A stretch of 63,302 nucleotides of DNA, filler included, from Atractiella rhizophila (lineage: Eukaryota): NCBI GenBank assembly GCA_021432655.1. It is 3 parts of 3 records of this genome, joined end to end, with 100 filler letters (N's around TTAATTAATTAA, not from the genome) between each part and the next. Parts side by side here need not be neighbours in the genome. Positions count along the whole stretch, not along the records: positions 28,643 to 60,065 come from MU271499.1; positions 60,166 to 63,302 come from MU271520.1; 1 more part is not named here. The stretch is one strand, 5' to 3'. Both the position numbers and the translations under genes were made by a program. The notes beneath the pieces are model-generated. The model did no database searches and was not told the origin of the DNA. It was given only the letters and a program-made list of their open reading frames with translations. Positions 57,040 to 63,302 of this stretch are shown in pieces. Positions within the stretch are counted from its first letter, which is position 1, and each line of letters begins with the position of its first letter.

Positions 57040-59614
57040 TTAACCCTCTCCGCAGAGAGTAGGCAATACCTTCGGTCGCCCATGTTGTTTCCTGTACCCG
57101 GGTCGAACGTCGTTAGCCGTGAAAGTATGAGCAGAGGAGGGAGCGGTACTAACAAGCTTCGAGAAGTCCTCATCCGATAACCCACGTCCGGAATACACAG
57201 TGATTGAGTACCCAAGAACAACCACCACCTTGTGACGTCGAAGCGTCTCTGTGCTCTCTGCAATCGTTTCTGAGAGTCCCCAATCGGCGGGAGGAGGGGG
57301 TAAGAGGTCTTCGTTATCCTTCTTCGCGCGTTTGCGCAGATCATGTCCCGTTTGTTCCTTCTCCTTCTCCTTCTCCTTCACCACTTTTTTGTCTCCTTCT
57401 GGCACTGCGGCTTCTAAAAGTGGCAGCTTCCCTCCCTGCTGATCGTCCAGATTTAATTTCTCCTTCACCTCCTCCTTGCCGTGATCGACTTTGGGCTGGA
57501 CTTCTTCCTTTTTCGAATCGGAGCTCTTCTTCGCGTCTGCGAACTGCTTCAATCGATTCTCGATCCACTCCATTTCTTTCTCCTTCTCCTCCCTCTCCGC
57601 TCCTTCTGACTCGCCCACCGTCGCTTTTAGATTCCTCAACCTCTTCTCCCACCATTCTTTCTCGAATTCATCGTCCTCAGCCTTCTGCTTCGCAGCGTCA
57701 ATCTAAAGCGCAAGGCGTCATCAATATTACCTCGAAGAATTTTGTTCGGTGGACTAACCTTAGCCTGCTCGAAAGCGGCGGCCTTAGCCTTCTCCTCCTC
57801 CAACTTGCGCCAATGTCCAGCTTCCAACTCCTTCCTCCGCCTCTCAATCTCTTCCGGTCGCATCTCCTTCCCGCTCTCCTTGTCTCGCACCATCCGCTCT
57901 TCAGCGGAAGAGGACTCGAGGATGAACCGCCTTCCAAAGTTGCCTCCTCCCAAGGCGTCCATCGCGCTCTTGATCCTGAAGTTCTCTTCCTCCTTCGACA
58001 GTCCAAGGGACAGAGGGAACAGCCAATTGCTATGCCTATCATTCAGTATGGCTCGTAGAGGGACAAGGATGGGTAATGAGACGAACCCTGTGCGGTGAAA
58101 AGAAGCGAATCGCAGCCCGCTCTGGATGAACCCGCTGGCATCGCCTTCCATCCTGGTAGGATGGAATGCAGGGTCGTACGTCGTAATCTCATGGTTATGT
58201 TGTGCCATGATGAGGGCCGCACAGCGACTGAGAAGATCGTCGCCGGTTTTGGTGGGAAAGTCGATCTCGCAAGTTTCCCCTGTATTTCATTTCAGTGAGA
58301 GGGGAGTTGGTGAGAGGAGATGACGACGGACATGAGTTGTGCGAGTTTAACTTCAACATCAAACTTTTGCTGATGGCTATTCCCGCCCCGGCGTACGCTA
58401 TCCGACCTTTGCTCGCGAACTGAATATACTCTCAGTCTTGTGGGAAGAGAGAAAAGTGGAAGCGCATACGTCAATCTCGCTCTCCGTAATACCACCCAGC
58501 ACCCAATCACGTTCCGAATCATAACCACTGAGTGTCGCATAAAGACCCGTCAGATCGGGGAAGTAAGTATCTTCCTCCCTGCATAAGGATGATCAGGTAC
58601 GCAGTGACTTGAGAGGAAATGTACGGACATGAAGATGTACCACTCCCTCTCGGGATCCACGGCCCACATCTCCTTCGCCAATCTAAAGAACCGCATCGCC
58701 TCGCTCTCGTGCTCCCATCCCACAACCCTCACATTCGAAGGCAGAGGCTGACCCAACACGACCTTCTCAAGCGACGGATGCTGAAACACGGTGTGGTTGT
58801 GTCCTGTGAGGATGACGAGCAGCTCCTTGTCTTTCGGATGGGCTGGACGCTTGTACGCCTTCTTCCACTCCGGCGCGAGGTCGAGGGGACGACTATCATC
58901 GATCCTGAGCTCCTGAGCGTGTCGTAGGATCTCGATCTCGCTCAACTGGTCCTTCGGCGTCGCAGGGGCACGAGGGAACCAACCGTAGCCTCCACGTCGG
59001 GAGAAGGCTTGGAGGACACGGGACTTGGTGCTCGTGAAGCCGAACACCACGCCGCCCGGAGTAAGTGTCGAAGGGTCGTACTCTCGCGGTTCCTCGACGG
59101 GGTTGATGCCGTAACCCCAGGCTGTCGGTGGTCGAGCGGATTCGCTCTTGATGGTGAAATGTGGTCCGGGATCGGAAGGGACGAGGTAGATGTTGGGGAC
59201 TTGCTCCTTTCGACTGAAGCCGCGGGTGTTGATGTCGAGTGCGAGGAACGAGTTTGTCTCGTCTTCTGGAGGGAGGGAGGAGGAGGCGTGCTTGTGGTAG
59301 TGCATCCGCGCCTCAGCCGATAGCAGATGTGTCCTATCGTTCGGCCGTCCGCTTGCGAAGGTCTGTGTGCGGTCTCCGATGAGGAGGACTGTGGGCACTT
59401 TTGTGGTTTTTGAGGCGCGAATTAGGGAAAGGTAGCCTGGTCCTGTGAGGACAGGAGCGGAGGACAGGCCGAAGGACGGGAGGGAGGAGAGGGTCGATGG
59501 ACGGGAGTAGGAGAGAAGGAGGACGGTGACGACGAGCAGGAGAAGGGAGAAGAAGGCGCGACGTGTCGGACGAGGCGGAAGAGGCACGTGAAGGGGGAGG
59601 ATGGAGGTGGTCAT
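57040..59614 (-). CDS. GT31/fringe-like glycosyltransferase, type II membrane anchor; 3' end uncertain
   Basis: N-terminal TM; spliced WYIFMEEDTYF..LSGYD..WVLGGITES, AYAGAGIAIS, GDDLLSRC, MEGDASGFIQSG..SFH. Confidence 0.75.
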
Positions 59615-60065
59615 TATGACCTGCTTTTGTTTTGCGGTTACTTTCGACTAGGATGCTGTTTTACGATGAAATAGTATAGCCGTTTCCTGAACTTGTTCTC
59701 CTAGTTAGAATAAGGATGAGCTAAAACCAAGTGGAAGAGGGAACTCACCTAACTTGTCCTTGCCGCTGACTTCGTCGTACTCGTGAAGGAATATGAACAC
59801 GTCGCCAAAGCGGAAAAGACGTTTTATACAACCCGCTGAGGATAGCTTGGAATTTGCTGGCTGAAGCTGTGCGAGAACCGCTCCACCGCTTTGCAGTGCG
59901 ACTTCCCTTCGTGCAAACGCCCAGAACCTTGCTCTACTTCCGTAATGCTGAATAGCACACTAAGGTTGACCTTAGCTCCGGCTACTGAGTCTCCCATGTG
60001 TCCGGCTAATTCTCTCCACAAAACCGCCAGCCGGGGACTTTCACTCTTCCCTCCTGCTTTATCAA

Positions 60066-60165
60066 NNNNNNNNNNNNNNNNNNNNNNNNNNNNNNNNNNN
60101 NNNNNNNNNTTAATTAATTAANNNNNNNNNNNNNNNNNNNNNNNNNNNNNNNNNNNNNNNNNNNN
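60066..60165. other. Artificial contig-joining linker (N-TTAATTAATTAA-N)
   Basis: TTAATTAATTAA at 60110-60121 inside an N run, 100 nt total. Confidence 0.95.
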
Positions 60166-61538
60166 GTGAAGAAGGAGATCGCCGTGTGGAGGGACGAGGT
60201 GATTGGCGTGCGAGAGGGGCTGGAAGGCTTGGAAAAGGAGGTGGACGAAGTGAAAGGTCTCGTGGATCGACTTCTAGGGACTCAATCCGCCTCTTCCGAC
60301 GATGATGAGGGTGAAAAACATCAAGAGCGAGGACACCGAGATCTGCGGAGTACAGCTCCTGCTCCTCAACCCGAACCTCAAATACAACCACAACCACCAA
60401 AAACTGCGATTCCGAAACATCTCTTTGATAACCTCCCACCCCTGCCAGAAATCGACTCCTTCGCTCTCCCCGAGACCCCTGGGACGCCGAGGAGCTCAGT
60501 GAGCGTCAGGACAGCAAAGACTGGAAAGTGGAAGAGACCCGTGACGCCGAGAAGAACGGGAAAGGCTTTTGTGGGAGAAGAACAGGTGGAGAGGCTGAGA
60601 AAGGAGATGGAGGAAGCTTCAGCAGCTGAAATGGAGAGAGAGAGAAAGGTTAGTAACCTTCTTTCTTTATTTTGCCAGAGTCAAAAGGAGAAGTCACTGA
60701 TGGGCTTTTTTGCATTATGGATGAATAGGAGAAGAACCCCACACGTCCGAAATCAAGACTGGAGGCGGTTGATCCACCCCTGAAGAAACAAGAGAGACAG
60801 GCAGCTTTGGATGAGGAGGCGCTCTTCCAGCGAGCTAACACGATCCTGAAGAATGTTCCAAAGGCACATGTGCAGGGAACATGTCCCGTCTGTCTTCGTC
60901 GCAAGGCTTCTCACGTCACAGCATCTGGCAAAGAAGCGCCGTTCTCTGCTCCCCCACGCATGCAGCAGCAGGGCCAGTTCAGATATGACGCTTACGATGC
61001 CGACGAAGAGGAAGAGACTGTTTATCCGAGGAAGAAGGAAAGGAAGGAGAGGGAGAAGCATGTGGAAAGAGAAGAATTGCCCCCACAGGCTGTTGTTGCG
61101 CGAGCGCTTGGGGAACTGGAGAAGGATTTCGCGGTGCATAAGAAGTATGTCCCTTCCTGCATTTTTTTCTTGGACACCTCACTGAAGCGTGGTTCGTTGG
61201 ATCACAGAATTTACATTGAACTCTCCGATCAGTATCGAGCGATGGACCCAGCATCGAATGCGCAGAGGAGGCGAACCCTTGCAGAGCATTTGAAAGAGAG
61301 TATCGATACTCTAGAAGCTAAGGTCCGTGCCTTTTGTTCCCCAAGCTAATGCAAGATTCTGATGCGGCATTGAATCTAGGCGGATCATATCAAGCGCCTT
61401 TACGATGCCTTACACTGCAAAGAGACCAGCTCCGTCTCTCCTATACTCGACCAGTTCCGTTTCGCTGATGTGAGACTAAGGACCGCTTCGGGTGGTCAAG
61501 TTATGGGAGGAGGGAGGAGAGGACATGCCGTGATATGA
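60166..61538 (+). CDS. Ppc89/Cep57-like spindle-pole-body protein, C-terminal half
   Basis: Coiled coil, CPVC, then PPQAVVARALGELEKDFAVHKKIYIELSDQYRAMDPASNAQRRRTLAEHLKESIDTLEAKADHIKRLYDAL, resembling the Cep57 microtubule-binding domain; 3 introns. Confidence 0.75.
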
Positions 61539-61798
61539 TCTTTCCTTCGTCAAAGTAATTGTGATTCGTGCCCCTTTCTTGTTCGAGTTCTTGATCATTG
61601 GCCACTTGAAAGTTTGTTGATTGATGTGACTGCAGTTAGGGTACCCTTCGTATTTCGCTAGGTATACGCTTAGATAACCATTACCATGGCTTTCTTGCAT
61701 GTCCCATGCTCATCCCTAATCATTGTATCAATACCTCCATGGCTCAAGCTTCTTGCGTTATGAAATTCAGTACCTTTTGCTTGCCAGTCCACTTTTTA

Positions 61799-63302
61799 AT
61801 GACGCCAACGCTGCGTCCCTCCGCCTCCGTCCATCCAGGCCATCCCACCCTCAATCCGCCACCCACCTCGCTTCGTCCCCCCGGCCGCTCCATCCTCGGC
61901 ATCATGCACTCCAACTCCTCCGGCGGCCTCATCGAGCGTTCTTCTTCTTCTGGGCCTAAGCAGACAGCCCATGCACCGTTGTCAGAGTCTGAGGACGAGA
62001 TACAGTTGAAGGTTGGCGGAGGGGGAGGGAGGGGAGGGGGCATCGGGAACTTGACGGACTTTCCAGAGAGCTTGGCTTCTACGCCGCGGCCACCGGCTAA
62101 GAGAGGTGAGGTTTTGGTTGGAAAGAAGAAGGGAGGAGGTGGGGAGGAGATGGAGATGGACAATCGAGCGAAAGAGCTCAGGAGGGAGTTCGAAGCCATC
62201 ATGGGCTCCGCGCTCAAATCGGCTCCTACGTCCAACCATCCCATACACCACCCGGCATCTTCGCACCAAACTCAACATTCAAAGAAAAACAACCCAACCA
62301 AGCCTCCCTCTCCACCGATGCAATCCACCGTCCAAAAACCAACCTCGTCAGGCCGGCGAGTCGTCCTCGACGTCGACTCCACCATCTCCTCAATCTCCAA
62401 ATCCGCCCCGCCCCTTCTCGCACCCTACAACTCCCGCGCGACAACACACGAGCCCTCCCTCTCGCACGCGCATCTCGGGAAAGGCCGTCTGCGGGTTCCG
62501 GACGTGACAGGATTGACGGATGGGCTCGCGTCGCCCATGCGTCCGCCTCCGCCTCGTCATCGCCAGCTTTCCTCTCACAGTGGAAGCGGAAGCGGAAAGG
62601 GGAGCGGGACGGGGAGCGGGACGGGGAGTGGGAAGGTGGGTGGGGAGGAAGAGGAGGATGCGGCGTTGGGATCCCTTTTGGCGCAGTTGAGGGGCAGGTT
62701 GGCGGGTTTGGAGAGGGAGAATGCGGTCAGTGCGGCGAGGGTGAGGGATTTGGAGTCTTTGATTAGAGAGGGCGAGGGGAGGAAGGTGGGATTGAAGAGG
62801 AAGAGTAGCTTGTCGTTGGGCGCTAAGTTTGAGGATGACGAAGATGAGGAGGGCGAAGGAGACTCGGGCATTGGAAGCACCGAGTCTCATATTGCCGGAT
62901 TAGATGGAGATGCAAAAGCGAATGGCACACTGGCGGGAAAAGAGGGAGTGGAAGAGAGGTTGAGGGAAGAGGGGAAGAAGAGGGCCGGTCCGTCTTTCTT
63001 CTCCTTCAATGAGAATGTTACTGATCCGGAAACATTTCTTGAACGCGCAACAGCCTTAGAATCCCTCGTCCAAACCCTTCACGCGCACATCTCCCACCTC
63101 ACACGCTCCCTCAACGCCCACTCCACCCTCCTCTCCCGTCTCCAATCCCAATCCCAATCCTCCAAACCCGGACCAGCCAACCCCAACGCTGCCCAGGGAG
63201 AACGATACGCGACTGAGCTTGGGGACGTGAAGAAGGAGATCGCCGTGTGGAGGGACGAGGTGATTGGCGTGCGAGAGGGGCTGGAAGGCTTGGAAAAGGA
63301 GG
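61799..63302 (+). CDS. Ppc89/Cep57-like protein, N-terminal half, runs off the window end
   Basis: ATG at 61799 opens a frame through VPDVTGLT and coiled coils (LERENAVSAARVRDLE); intron ~62987-63053; last 76 nt equal the first 76 nt of the C-terminal half. Confidence 0.7.
   Translation, partial: MTPTLRPSASVHPGHPTLNPPPTSLRPPGRSILGIMHSNSSGGLIERSSSSGPKQTAHAPLSESEDEIQLKVGGGGGRGGGIGNLTDFPESLASTPRPPAKRGEVLVGKKKGGGGEEMEMDNRAKELRREFEAIMGSALKSAPTSNHPIHHPASSHQTQHSKKNNPTKPPSPPMQSTVQKPTSSGRRVVLDVDSTISSISKSAPPLLAPYNSRATTHEPSLSHAHLGKGRLRVPDVTGLTDGLASPMRPPPPRHRQLSSHSGSGSGKGSGTGSGTGSGKVGGEEEEDAALGSLLAQLRGRLAGLERENAVSAARVRDLESLIREGEGRKVGLKRKSSLSLGAKFEDDEDEEGEGDSGIGSTESHIAGLDGDAKANGTLAGKEGVEERLREEGKKRAGPSFFSFNENVTDPETFLERATALESLVQTLHAHISHLTRSLNAHSTLLSRLQSQSQSSKPGPANPNAAQGERYATELGDVKKEIAVWRDEVIGVREGLEGLEKE
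63227..63302 (+). repeat. 76-bp exact direct repeat of 60166-60241
   Basis: GTGAAGAAGGAGATCGCC...GGAAAAGGAGG is identical at both ends of the last contig. Confidence 0.95.

Noticed and set aside
62599..62633. GGGGAGCGGGAC 12-bp repeats
   Set aside because: Simply encodes a GSGT linker in the Ppc89-like protein

Overview
Intron-dense fungal DNA, probably basidiomycete (inferred from ~45-60 nt introns with GTGCGY/GTTCGT/GTCCGT donors and CTGAC/CTAAC branch sites). The window is a concatenation of at least three assembly pieces: 100-nt N-TTAATTAATTAA-N linkers lie at 28543-28642 and 60066-60165, and a plain N gap at 29593-29656. Recognisable genes: aspartic protease 3' end, F-box protein, RPT2, VPS29, family-3 aldehyde dehydrogenase, a divergent EF-1alpha, a CCX-type cation/Ca2+ exchanger, GEM1/Miro, WSS1, an intact MULE/SWIM transposase, LOS1/exportin-T, an SDR, a GT31/fringe-like glycosyltransferase and a Ppc89/Cep57-like gene. 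Decayed genes (UGT, MFS transporter, several orphans) are interspersed. Most notable: (1) a three-paralog cluster of an uncharacterised family with conserved ends, a hypervariable insert and a GCCAAG (PacC/Rim101-type) site upstream of each copy; (2) an EF-1alpha with an in-frame 96-bp duplication and three phased TGACTC sites; (3) unusual splicing: a probable 2-nt exon in GEM1, a GT-AA intron in ALDH, and outsized introns in LOS1 and VPS29 that may host ncRNAs; (4) a circularly permuted 3061-bp Ppc89-like unit. All calls come from reading the sequence by eye; no searches were run, and exon models are manual.
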